From positions 63,303-127,302 of the forward strand of contig CAZZFP010000002.1 of the NCBI GenBank assembly GCA_964653575.1: a DNA stretch of 64,000 nucleotides, written 5' to 3'. Below, in pieces: positions 1 to 7,912 of this stretch. The notes below the pieces were generated by a model, which searched no databases, was not told the DNA's origin, and saw only the letters and a list, made by a program, of their open reading frames with translations. The position numbers were made by a program, and so were the translations under genes. Source of the DNA: an uncultured Lachnospiraceae bacterium (GTDB taxonomy: Bacteria; Bacillota; Clostridia; Oscillospirales; CAG-272). The number at the start of each line of letters is the position of its first letter. The first letter of the stretch is position 1.

Positions 1-351
1 TCAAATTTCGGTATGAGCGATACTTTGATCGGACTTACCATAGTCGCTATCGGAACATCTCTGCCGGAGCTCGTTACCTCAATGGTAGCCGCTCGCAAGG
101 GAGAGAGCGATATCGCACTCGGTAACGTAATAGGCTCGAATATATTCAATATCATATTTATCTTGGGTATGAGCTCTGCCATTTTGCCTATCACAGTGGA
201 TATTCTCGCCGTATATGATACGCTCATACTTATTGCCGTAAGCATTGTGTGCCTTATCTTTGCAAGGACAAAGCACAAGGTGTCACGCGTCGAGGGACTT
301 ATAATGATCCTTATGTACGTTGCTTATTCCGCATACATAATCATAAGATAA
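1..351 (+). CDS. Ca2+/Na+ antiporter (CaCA/YrbG family), C-terminal fragment truncated by window start
   Basis: ORF 13..351 stays open in frame to base 1. It carries the GTSLPEL...GNVIGSNIFNI alpha-repeat signature of sodium/calcium exchanger membrane proteins. A hairpin plus T-run follows. Confidence 0.8.
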   Translation, partial: SNFGMSDTLIGLTIVAIGTSLPELVTSMVAARKGESDIALGNVIGSNIFNIIFILGMSSAILPITVDILAVYDTLILIAVSIVCLIFARTKHKVSRVEGLIMILMYVAYSAYIIIR

Positions 352-376
352 TCCTCTTGCTTTAACAGATGAAAAT

Positions 377-417
377 AACGCCACACGGGCCCGTCTAAGG
401 TCAGCGTGGCGTTTTTT
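377..417. terminator. Hairpin (AACGCCAC...GTGGCGTT) followed by TTTTTT, lying between convergent genes
   Basis: 8-bp GC-rich stem at 377-384/406-413 with a T-run at 411-417. The A-rich upstream flank allows function in both directions. Confidence 0.6.
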
Positions 418-431
418 GAGTATTTTTTATT

Positions 432-1145
432 TCATACTCCGTATTTTATTTTTATCCTTTGAAGCTTATCTCCAAACGGCTTTGAAAGATAAAACAGAAA
501 CAAAAAATTCGATATTGAATAGAGTATGGTATGAGGCAATGCCGTTACTATTGCCGAGAGATACAGAGCTGTGTCAAATCCATCATTATACCACAGTACC
601 GTCCATACGTCCATTATCAATGAGAAGGCGACTCCCGAAATGACACCGAAAATCAGCAAAAATATCTTGCTTTTTTTCAGTGGCTTTGCAAGTGCTCCCG
701 CGGCAAGCCCGATCAGTCCCCACGCAAGCATTTGAAACGGAGTCCACGGACCTTGACTGAAATAAAAATTCGATATAAGTGCCGAAAAAGCACCGACGGC
801 AAATCCCGCCTCGCCACCGAGATATATAGCGGTTATCACGGTCAGCGCCGTTACCGGTTTAAAAAACGGTATAAACCGTCCGACGACAGATAATGCTGTC
901 ATAATCGAAACTATAACGGTCCTTCGCGTGCCGATTTCTTTCTTTTCAAACCCGATTACAAACAGGATGATCGTAAGAATAGCTATAAAGAGCGACACAA
1001 AGAGATGCTTTTTTTCGTCGAAAACGAGCGTGCCCATAACCGCCGCTGTCGGTATTATCACAAACGGTAAAAGTATTTTTAGGGCTTTTCGAACACCGCG
1101 GCTCTTAATTACCGTCATCGCCGTTACCGCCTCGCTTTCTCGCAC
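432..1145 (-). CDS. ECF transporter substrate-specific (S) component-like integral membrane protein, last gene of the B12-riboswitch operon
   Basis: Multi-TM 237-aa ORF immediately downstream of the ECF A-A' and T genes and overlapping the ATPase stop. An alternative start is at 1118 (MTVIKSRG). Substrate cannot be assigned from sequence alone. Confidence 0.65.
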   Translation of the reverse strand: MRESEAVTAMTVIKSRGVRKALKILLPFVIIPTAAVMGTLVFDEKKHLFVSLFIAILTIILFVIGFEKKEIGTRRTVIVSIMTALSVVGRFIPFFKPVTALTVITAIYLGGEAGFAVGAFSALISNFYFSQGPWTPFQMLAWGLIGLAAGALAKPLKKSKIFLLIFGVISGVAFSLIMDVWTVLWYNDGFDTALYLSAIVTALPHTILYSISNFLFLFYLSKPFGDKLQRIKIKYGV

Positions 1146-2748
1146 CGTTTTCTTTGCAAAGCTGTGCTATATCCTCCACCGTTATCGCGTTTTCAAAGTA
1201 TCCCTTTGCAATACGCGCCGCGGATGTGGTGTAGAAACAGTTCTCCGAGAAGAATTCATGCGGAGTACCGCAAGAAACAATATTGCCGCGGAAAAAAAGC
1301 GCGCATCTGTCGGCGCAAGCCGCGGCAAATTCCACATCGTGAGTAACCGCGAGTACCGTCACGCCGTCGGCTTTCAGCTTTCTGAGTATGTCGATAAGGA
1401 TTCTCTTTTTTTCGGCATCGAGTCCCTTGGTTGGCTCGTCCAAGAGCAACAATCGAGGATTCGTTGCAAGTACCTTGGCAAGCGCAAGAAGCTGCTGCTC
1501 TCCGCCCGAAAGATCGTAAGGATGTTTCTCGAACAAATGCGAAAGCTCGAAGGGAAGTGAGCTTGCGTCCACGTGTGCGTCTTCAAGCTCCTCTCGTACG
1601 GAGTTGCAAAGAAACACATTCTGCACATCCTGCGGAAGTAGTGCAAGACAATTTCGATACAGCGACTGTCCCGGGTATTCCTTCTGCCGCTTTCCAAATA
1701 CGCGTATCTGACCGCCGTATATTTTTCTTATGCCGCAGGCGCAGGAAAGTGCCGTAGTTTTGCCTGAGCCGTTTCCGCCGAGGATGCAGAATATCTCGCC
1801 GGCGTATATTGTAAGATCCAATCCCTTTAGCACATCCGGTGCATTTTTTTCGTAACGAAAATATGCTTTTTTGAATTCAAGCGCCGTGCTCTCGCTGTGA
1901 ACGTAGGGAGAGATCGAGAGACTCGTGATATGATTGGAATATTCCGTCTCGATAAATCGTCTGCCATCGCCCACCGTCAGCGGACATTCGGCGCCTGACC
2001 CGAGCAGGCGATACAGTCTTGCCGCTGTCGGCATAGAAGCAAGGAGCGGACAGTCGTCCGACAGCTCCGAGATAACATTCCGAGGCTTTCCGTCGCCGAT
2101 GAGAGTCCCTTTGTCCATCACGAGCAGTCGGTCGCACATGGGTATAAGCTTCTCAAGACGATGCTCGGCGATGATAACGGTCAGCGAAAGATCGCGGTTG
2201 AGCTTTTTTACCGTATTTAGAAAGTCCGAGGTTGCGATGGGGTCGAGCTGTGACGTCGGTTCGTCGAGAATAAGGATATCGGGATCCATCACCATAACCG
2301 AGGCAAGATTTAAAAGCTGTTTCTGACCGCCGGAGAGCGTTGAAACGTCGCGCTCGAACCAGCCTTCGATACCGAAGTAGGATGCCATCTCTGCCACTCT
2401 GCGTGCTATAACGTTTTGAGGCAATCCGAGGTTTTCGAGTCCGAAGGCAAGCTCCGAATATACACGGTCGGTCACTATTTGCTCATCGGGACGCTGCGAG
2501 ACGAATCCTATCCGCTCGGCGGGTATCTCATTTATCGGTCTTCCGCCGAAAAGTATTTCGCCTTTTTCGCTTCCGCGTGGCGCGATCTCTCGCTTCAAAA
2601 GTCTCAGGAGCGTGGATTTCCCGCCGCCCGTTGCACCGCATAAAACGATAAAATCTCCCGATGCGACTGAAAAAGAAACATTACAAACTGCGGCTCTTTC
2701 GCACACGGGATATGTGAATGTCAGATCTTTGACTGTAAGTATTTCCAT
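1105..2748 (-). CDS. ECF/ABC transporter fused double ATPase (EcfA-EcfA')
   Basis: Two Walker A motifs (GATGGGKST, GGNGSGKTT), two LSGGQ-type signatures (LSGGQKQ, LSGGEQQ) and two Walker B motifs (ILILDEPT, LLLLDEPT). Confidence 0.9.
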   Translation of the reverse strand: MEILTVKDLTFTYPVCERAAVCNVSFSVASGDFIVLCGATGGGKSTLLRLLKREIAPRGSEKGEILFGGRPINEIPAERIGFVSQRPDEQIVTDRVYSELAFGLENLGLPQNVIARRVAEMASYFGIEGWFERDVSTLSGGQKQLLNLASVMVMDPDILILDEPTSQLDPIATSDFLNTVKKLNRDLSLTVIIAEHRLEKLIPMCDRLLVMDKGTLIGDGKPRNVISELSDDCPLLASMPTAARLYRLLGSGAECPLTVGDGRRFIETEYSNHITSLSISPYVHSESTALEFKKAYFRYEKNAPDVLKGLDLTIYAGEIFCILGGNGSGKTTALSCACGIRKIYGGQIRVFGKRQKEYPGQSLYRNCLALLPQDVQNVFLCNSVREELEDAHVDASSLPFELSHLFEKHPYDLSGGEQQLLALAKVLATNPRLLLLDEPTKGLDAEKKRILIDILRKLKADGVTVLAVTHDVEFAAACADRCALFFRGNIVSCGTPHEFFSENCFYTTSAARIAKGYFENAITVEDIAQLCKENGARKRGGNGDDGN

Positions 2749-3599
2749 TTTAGTCTTTCCTCCGTTTCTGTAATAGTGGGGAGTATTGCGAGGATCCCGT
2801 ACGCTGCGTATGCCGCTGTGGAGAGAGGCGTCGGATCGGCAGACAAAATAATTGGATAGAAGGTGAAATCAAGTGCGCCGAGTGCCATTCCGATGAGAGT
2901 CAGTGTCGTACACGAGAGAATGATGCCGAGCATTATTACGTCGCAAAGGCAAAATCCGAATATCGAATAATATGTTCTTTTATGCTTTCCGTATGCACGA
3001 GCCGACATACTGTCGGCGGTCGTGATACCGTTTTCGAGTGCCCACGTGATAAGAATGGAAAACACACGAAGGTCGCTTTTTATTTTATCAATCACATTTT
3101 CATCCTTGTAGAGTCCAATGGCTCTCTGGCTTTCGGATATGAGACGAGCTCTTTCTTTGAAGAGAGCTACGTATCTGAGTGACATTGAAAGAACGAGAGC
3201 AAGCCTTGGGGAGAGCTTTCCGAATACATAAAGAAGCTTGTCCCGTGTCATAATACTGCTGAACGAACGAAACAGATACAGAACCGTTACGATGATCCCC
3301 GCATTGACGACACCGTATACAGTCGCCTCAAGCGTTATTGGGGAGTTGTTGATAACGAACAATACCGTTTTCCCGTTGTGATAGGTGAGCGGATTTATTA
3401 CGCTTAAAATCGCAAACAAAGCAATGTAAAACAGATGCGAGAGAAATGAGTTTTCCTTGTTACGTAACAAAAAATATGTCAATGCTCCGATAGCTCCGAT
3501 GAGAAGAAGCACGGGATTTTGCGAGAACATCAGTATTAGCATCATTGCAAGAAAATATATCGTTATGACAATAGGATTGCAATCTTCGAGACGTCGCAT
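2721..3599 (-). CDS. ECF transporter transmembrane T component (EcfT/CbiQ family)
   Basis: 292-aa polytopic membrane protein directly upstream of, and overlapping, the ECF ATPase gene. Length and topology are typical of CbiQ/EcfT. Confidence 0.85.
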   Translation of the reverse strand: MRRLEDCNPIVITIYFLAMMLILMFSQNPVLLLIGAIGALTYFLLRNKENSFLSHLFYIALFAILSVINPLTYHNGKTVLFVINNSPITLEATVYGVVNAGIIVTVLYLFRSFSSIMTRDKLLYVFGKLSPRLALVLSMSLRYVALFKERARLISESQRAIGLYKDENVIDKIKSDLRVFSILITWALENGITTADSMSARAYGKHKRTYYSIFGFCLCDVIMLGIILSCTTLTLIGMALGALDFTFYPIILSADPTPLSTAAYAAYGILAILPTITETEERLKWKYLQSKI

Positions 3600-3635
3600 A
3601 TCCTTCTCCTTTCCTCTTTTTCGTAATTCAGCCTA

Positions 3636-5354
3636 TCATTTCAGATCTTCTCCGAGCGCGCAGGTGTAGAGCCATTCTATTTTGTCGCCGTCTTTGAGAA
3701 TATATTGCCCCGCGCCGACGGACGGACATTCTCCGTTTACGTAGTACATCCATCCGGAAAGGTCTCCGTATTCGGTCTCGTAAATGTAAGCGATACCCGA
3801 AATGTATACGTACGTTGCATCTCCGTCATTTTCAAGCTGTATTTTGTAGGTGCGTGCGGCTTCTGTCAGGACAGTGTATACCGTGTCGCCGTCGGCAATA
3901 TCAAATTCGGTGATATCAAGTATTATTCCGTCATCCGGAATATGATCGGCGCGTCCCGCAACGGTGTCGCATCTGATAGTTAGTGTTACCGTGCCGGTGG
4001 TGTTTTCCTTTGACACACTGTCACCGTTGTAATATTCATCGGCCGAGCGTATCTCTGTTGAGCAAACGATCAAAAGCGAGACAGACACGACGATCAGAAC
4101 GGCAATAAAATTCTTTATATTTCGTTTTTTCAATGCAAACAGAAGGACGCATACGGCACCGCCAATACAAACGATGATAAGACAGGCTAAGGGCTTGTAT
4201 CCGCCCGACGAGTTATCGCTGTCGGTTGTAGTCGGTGCGCTTTCGGATCCTTGCGAGGGGGAAGATGTATCCGTTTCGGGTAAAGGATCCTTTTCGGTGT
4301 CAGAGGGGGAGCTTGTATCGGTGTTGAGATCGAAGCTCGGCTCGGTTTCCGGGGTGCTCTCCGATCCAAAGCTCGTATCGATATCGGTGCCGTTAAACGA
4401 CATCGAATCAAGCATATAAAGGGAAGGCTTGCCGCTCGTCATACGCAGATATGATACTGCGGCGCACAATACCTGAACCGTGGCAGTTCCGTCGGAGTTG
4501 CCGCCTACGTTGTGGCAAAAGCTTCCGTCCGGAAGTCTGTATTTGGCTATTCCGTCAAAAAGCGTGTTGCCGTTTTTGATAAACCTCTCATCATTTGCCG
4601 CGTCGATGCCGAGCGACGACAGCGCTATAACTACCTGCGCTGTACTTTCCGGATTTGCCGAGCCGTAGCTTGCGAAGTCACCGTCGTCAAGCTGACGCTC
4701 CGACAAAAGGCTCAGTGCGCAGTCTATTGCAGATCTGATGTCGCTGTCGGAAGAATAAAAGGGTGCAAGTGCCTGTATCGCCATGGCGGTGGCATCAACG
4801 TCACCGTACTGACCCATGACCGTCCAGCCCCCGTCACTTGTTCGCAGATCAAGAAGCTTTGCCTTAACTTGTTCCGCCGTATATTTTCCACCGCTGTAAC
4901 CATTGTTCAAAATGTGCAGACCGAATATCCAGCTCATCAGTCCTTGCTCTCCGACGGAATCTTCCAGCGCTGTCGAGATATAAACGTCGTCGCTGCCGGA
5001 GGCGGCAAGGCAGAGCGCATATTTCAGCCTTGACGACGCAGAATGTACCGTATTGCTTTTGAGATAGGAAAGAAGTGCCGACCTGTACGATGAAAGATCG
5101 TATTTTTGGTATTGCGAGAGGGCAATAATGTACCACTCTGCGGACGTGCCCGCACTTTGGGTCAGGTATCCGTCTATCCACGATTGGACCTTGTCCGATC
5201 CCGATATGCCTTGATAAGCCAAGATACCGTCGATAAGGCTTTGTGCCTCAACGACGGTATTTTTCGTTGACTTTTCTGCGTGGCACGGTATCGCTCCGAG
5301 CAACAATGCGGCAATAACTAACAGTATTGCCGCCGCGGAAAATTTAGATCTCAT
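3636..5354 (-). CDS. Secreted/membrane-tethered protein: prenyltransferase-like alpha/alpha-barrel domain + Ser/Thr/Pro/Asp linker + two-TM hairpin + C-terminal DUF4430 domain (transcobalamin-like domain pair)
   Basis: Signal peptide MRSKFSAAAILLVIAALLLGAIPCHA. Repeated SDGGW/LDDGDF/LPDGSF barrel repeats. TM hairpin at aa 386-432. C-terminus reads GDLSGWMYYVNGECPSVGAGQYILKDGDKIEWLY, typical of DUF4430. Confidence 0.8.
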   Translation of the reverse strand: MRSKFSAAAILLVIAALLLGAIPCHAEKSTKNTVVEAQSLIDGILAYQGISGSDKVQSWIDGYLTQSAGTSAEWYIIALSQYQKYDLSSYRSALLSYLKSNTVHSASSRLKYALCLAASGSDDVYISTALEDSVGEQGLMSWIFGLHILNNGYSGGKYTAEQVKAKLLDLRTSDGGWTVMGQYGDVDATAMAIQALAPFYSSDSDIRSAIDCALSLLSERQLDDGDFASYGSANPESTAQVVIALSSLGIDAANDERFIKNGNTLFDGIAKYRLPDGSFCHNVGGNSDGTATVQVLCAAVSYLRMTSGKPSLYMLDSMSFNGTDIDTSFGSESTPETEPSFDLNTDTSSPSDTEKDPLPETDTSSPSQGSESAPTTTDSDNSSGGYKPLACLIIVCIGGAVCVLLFALKKRNIKNFIAVLIVVSVSLLIVCSTEIRSADEYYNGDSVSKENTTGTVTLTIRCDTVAGRADHIPDDGIILDITEFDIADGDTVYTVLTEAARTYKIQLENDGDATYVYISGIAYIYETEYGDLSGWMYYVNGECPSVGAGQYILKDGDKIEWLYTCALGEDLK

Positions 5355-6156
5355 AACGCTTTTTTGCCGTTAAAGCGAGAGCGAGTACTCCGCAAAGTGA
5401 CGCTGCAAAAAGAACGATGTAAACGAGCGAGTTGTCACCCGTCAAGGGATTTTCGACAACCTTTACTGTAACTGCGGGGGGGACAAGTGTTTGAGTTGCG
5501 CTTGTGGCACTGATAACGAAAGAACCTACGTTATCAATTTTTACCGTGACCTTGCCGTCCTCGCCTGTTTTAAATTCCGTTGCAACACCGTTGACGGTGA
5601 TGACGGCATCCTTTACGGGAACTGTTATGGGATTGGAATCCTTGTCAAATTTTGCCGCGTTAAGTATGAGAGTGAGCTCGCCGTTCTTTCCGACTTGTGC
5701 CGTGTTGACGTCAAAGTAGCAATATGTGTCGCTGTAGCCCGAAAGGTCTGTATATACGAAGGCGTTGATAAAGTCACCGTCTTTTATTGCGTCGGTAAGT
5801 CCGGATGCCGAAAGGTTATTGACATAATAGCCGTATGAGCCGCCGTTCTCTACTCCCCAGAGCTTTGTGAGAGAAAGTCCCCACGTTGAGAGCGCGGATC
5901 CGTATCCTGCCGATGCGCCGCCCTCAAACTTTGCTTCGTGAGCACAGTACAGAGCATCGTTTAACGTCAACTTGGAATCATCGTCGATGTCTGTTACGGT
6001 TATCTTTTCCTGCGTAAGTACGAGCTTTCCGTTGTCATCCGCAATGGTTACGTAAACGTCTGCGGATAAGGAAGCGCCGCTTTCTGCGAATACGCCGAGT
6101 GCCAAAGTGCTCAAAAGCACTAAGATTGCCAATGTGATAGATAAGATCTTTTTCAT
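5344..6156 (-). CDS. Cell-wall-anchored DUF4430-like protein with Ig-like domain and sortase-type sorting signal
   Basis: Signal peptide. YGYYVNN...IKDGDFINAFVY matches the DUF4430 pattern. A beta-rich Ig-like segment follows. The C-terminus has NPLTG, then a hydrophobic helix, then a KKRYEI tail. Confidence 0.75.
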   Translation of the reverse strand: MKKILSITLAILVLLSTLALGVFAESGASLSADVYVTIADDNGKLVLTQEKITVTDIDDDSKLTLNDALYCAHEAKFEGGASAGYGSALSTWGLSLTKLWGVENGGSYGYYVNNLSASGLTDAIKDGDFINAFVYTDLSGYSDTYCYFDVNTAQVGKNGELTLILNAAKFDKDSNPITVPVKDAVITVNGVATEFKTGEDGKVTVKIDNVGSFVISATSATQTLVPPAVTVKVVENPLTGDNSLVYIVLFAASLCGVLALALTAKKRYEI

Positions 6157-6245
6157 TTTTATACCTCTTTGTTTTGATTATATTTTTTGATCCGCTTTCG
6201 CCGATCAAATATTCGACTTTGATTTTGATAATGTATGATGCTTGC

Positions 6246-6548
6246 TCAATCCTGTTCGCTGTCCGCCTTGGGTTTTGTTTGTGCTTCGGCGCTTTTGCGT
6301 GCGGTAAGACGTGCACGCTTGGCTCTCACTCTCTTTTCTCTGTTTCTTTGGAGGCGATCATCGTTTCTCGGCGGCTTTATGCCGGCGGCTTCGAGCGCAC
6401 GCGGCCAAGGCCCGAGAAAAGCTTTTATTGCCACGACTTCAGCCTCGTCGAAATCGGATCTTTGAGGATAACGAGCTTTTTCGAGTTCGCTGTATTTGAT
6501 ACATAGAAGGCGAATGCACTCCTCTTTACTGTACTTTTTTTGATCCAT
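6246..6548 (-). CDS. Small basic protein (100 aa), single homing-endonuclease-associated-repeat-like motif plus Arg/Lys-rich tail; first ORF after the cobalamin riboswitch
   Basis: Strong RBS (GGAGGTG, 6 nt before the ATG). The motif YSKEECI...FLGPWPRALEAAGI resembles the HNH-associated repeat (tentative, by eye). Confidence 0.6.
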   Translation of the reverse strand: MDQKKYSKEECIRLLCIKYSELEKARYPQRSDFDEAEVVAIKAFLGPWPRALEAAGIKPPRNDDRLQRNREKRVRAKRARLTARKSAEAQTKPKADSEQD

Positions 6549-6564
6549 ACGACACCTCCGAAAT

Positions 6565-6830
6565 ACAAAAAACGCTTTTCTACCTCAAACGGTAAAAAAG
6601 CGCAGCTATCCTATCGGTCGAAAAATGGGCACACTTCACCCATATACCAACGAAAACGGCTACGCTCTTCAAGTCCAAAAACGATTGTGCGAAACGCACA
6701 CTACCTGTCGCGGTTTTGGCGAGTATTCCGACTTATGAGATCTGTGTCTCAATTACGGTAATGACGGTTGCGACGGATTTTCACCGAACTTCCCTCTGAT
6801 CTGCGGAAAGCAGAGCCAAACTGCGAAAAA
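6565..6830 (-). promoter_or_regulatory. Cobalamin (B12) riboswitch
   Basis: Minus strand carries CAGAGGGAAGTTCGGTGAAAATCCG (plus coordinates 6775-6800). A B12-box-like AGTCGGAATACTCGCC sits at plus coordinates 6718-6733. A terminator hairpin lies downstream. Confidence 0.8.
6572..6604 (-). terminator. Riboswitch expression-platform intrinsic terminator
   Basis: Minus strand reads GCGCTTTTTTACC-GTTTGA-GGTAGAAAAGCGT followed by TTTTTTG, just upstream of the RBS of ORF 6246-6548. Confidence 0.7.
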
Positions 6831-6891
6831 TATTTAATTTTTATTTATGCTATGCGGAAACAGCAAAGCAAACTTATATCATCGAGACAGT

Positions 6892-6920
6892 ATTATATCA
6901 CCTTTTTATCAGATTGTCAA
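6892..6920 (-). promoter_or_regulatory. Consensus sigma-A promoter for the riboswitch operon
   Basis: Minus strand reads TTGACA-17 nt-TATAAT (TGTCAA at 6915-6920, ATTATA at 6892-6897 on the plus strand). Confidence 0.6.
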
Positions 6921-7032
6921 GCCGTTGATTCAAATAGTTTTTGATTTTGAAATCGAGGTCGAAAGTCTTAACTAAAGTAATGTGCGCGGCATATACTCTT
7001 AGCAAGAAATACGCCAAAAGGAGGCAAAAGCG

Positions 7033-7254
7033 ATGCAATTCGACCGTGAAGCGATAGATAAGCTGCTTTCACTCAATGATTTTCAACTTAAAATAGTGGT
7101 AACAAGACTTCTTAAGGAAAACGGCATAGACCCGTCAATGCTAAACATCGACACTAAAAATATGGCGACACTAAGAAGGACGCTTCAAAATGCAACGGAG
7201 GCAGATATTGAAAGAGCCGCGCAGCTGTTTTCGAGGTTCAAAGGAGGACAGTAA
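7033..7254 (+). CDS. Hypothetical small protein (73 aa)
   Basis: RBS AAAGGAGG precedes the ATG. No recognisable family. Confidence 0.5.
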   Translation: MQFDREAIDKLLSLNDFQLKIVVTRLLKENGIDPSMLNIDTKNMATLRRTLQNATEADIERAAQLFSRFKGGQ

Positions 7255-7290
7255 AAGTTACGATCTAATGTGAAAGGGGGAGAATATACA

Positions 7291-7893
7291 GTGGCACAGG
7301 GAGAAAACAAAGGCGGATCCGACAACGGCAATTCTGCCTTGAGCAAACTTTTGGGCGACCCCGAGGCGCTCAGATCGATCGCCGCGCTTGCGGGCGCTTT
7401 TGGTAAGAGTACGGGCGGAGAGAACGATGCCGCAGGCGCTCAAAACGCGCCGTATGGAGGCGGGGAAAACAAAGGATTTAAAATTCCCGACGGATTATTT
7501 GATGACTTGCCGGAAGGACCGCAAGAAGCTGAAGGTATCGATGTCGAACATAATAACCAAAACGCTGATGATGCCGGTAACGCAGACGCTACCCGTTCGG
7601 AGGCTGAAGCGGCATCGGTCGGCGGAGACATTCTCGGATCTTTGATATCTTCGGAAATGCTTTTGAAGCTTCCCGAGGTGATCGCGGCAGCGGGACCATT
7701 GATGCAGTCATTCGGACGATTGCGGGAGGATGGCGCGAAAGGTGGAAAGACGTTTCGGCGCGGGCGTGTTCCCGCGGAAAAAAGATGTGCCTTGCTCGCG
7801 GCGATGAAGCCGTATCTCAGCGAGCATAGATGCAATACTGTGGATATGATGATAAACCTCAGCAAATTCTCATCGATTTTTGAACGCAAATAA
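7291..7893 (+). CDS. Hypothetical acidic/Gly-rich protein with conserved-looking C-terminus (KRCALLAAMKPYLSEHR)
   Basis: The ORF opens at 7270 (GTG). The GTG at 7291 has the better RBS (AAAGGGGGAG, 8 nt upstream). Confidence 0.5.
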   Translation: MAQGENKGGSDNGNSALSKLLGDPEALRSIAALAGAFGKSTGGENDAAGAQNAPYGGGENKGFKIPDGLFDDLPEGPQEAEGIDVEHNNQNADDAGNADATRSEAEAASVGGDILGSLISSEMLLKLPEVIAAAGPLMQSFGRLREDGAKGGKTFRRGRVPAEKRCALLAAMKPYLSEHRCNTVDMMINLSKFSSIFERK

Positions 7894-7912
7894 GCCGAGA
7901 AAGGAAAATATT

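Noticed and set aside
928-1560. 210-aa plus-strand ORF
   Set aside because: It is antisense to the ECF S component and ATPase genes. It shows no RBS or domain.
6188-6215. Hairpin TGATCCGC-TTTC-GCCGATCA between the small ORF and the DUF4430 gene, considered as an internal terminator
   Set aside because: The stem has a mismatch, and on the coding (minus) strand it is followed by an A-run rather than a U-run. It is unlikely to terminate, so the genes are treated as co-transcribed.
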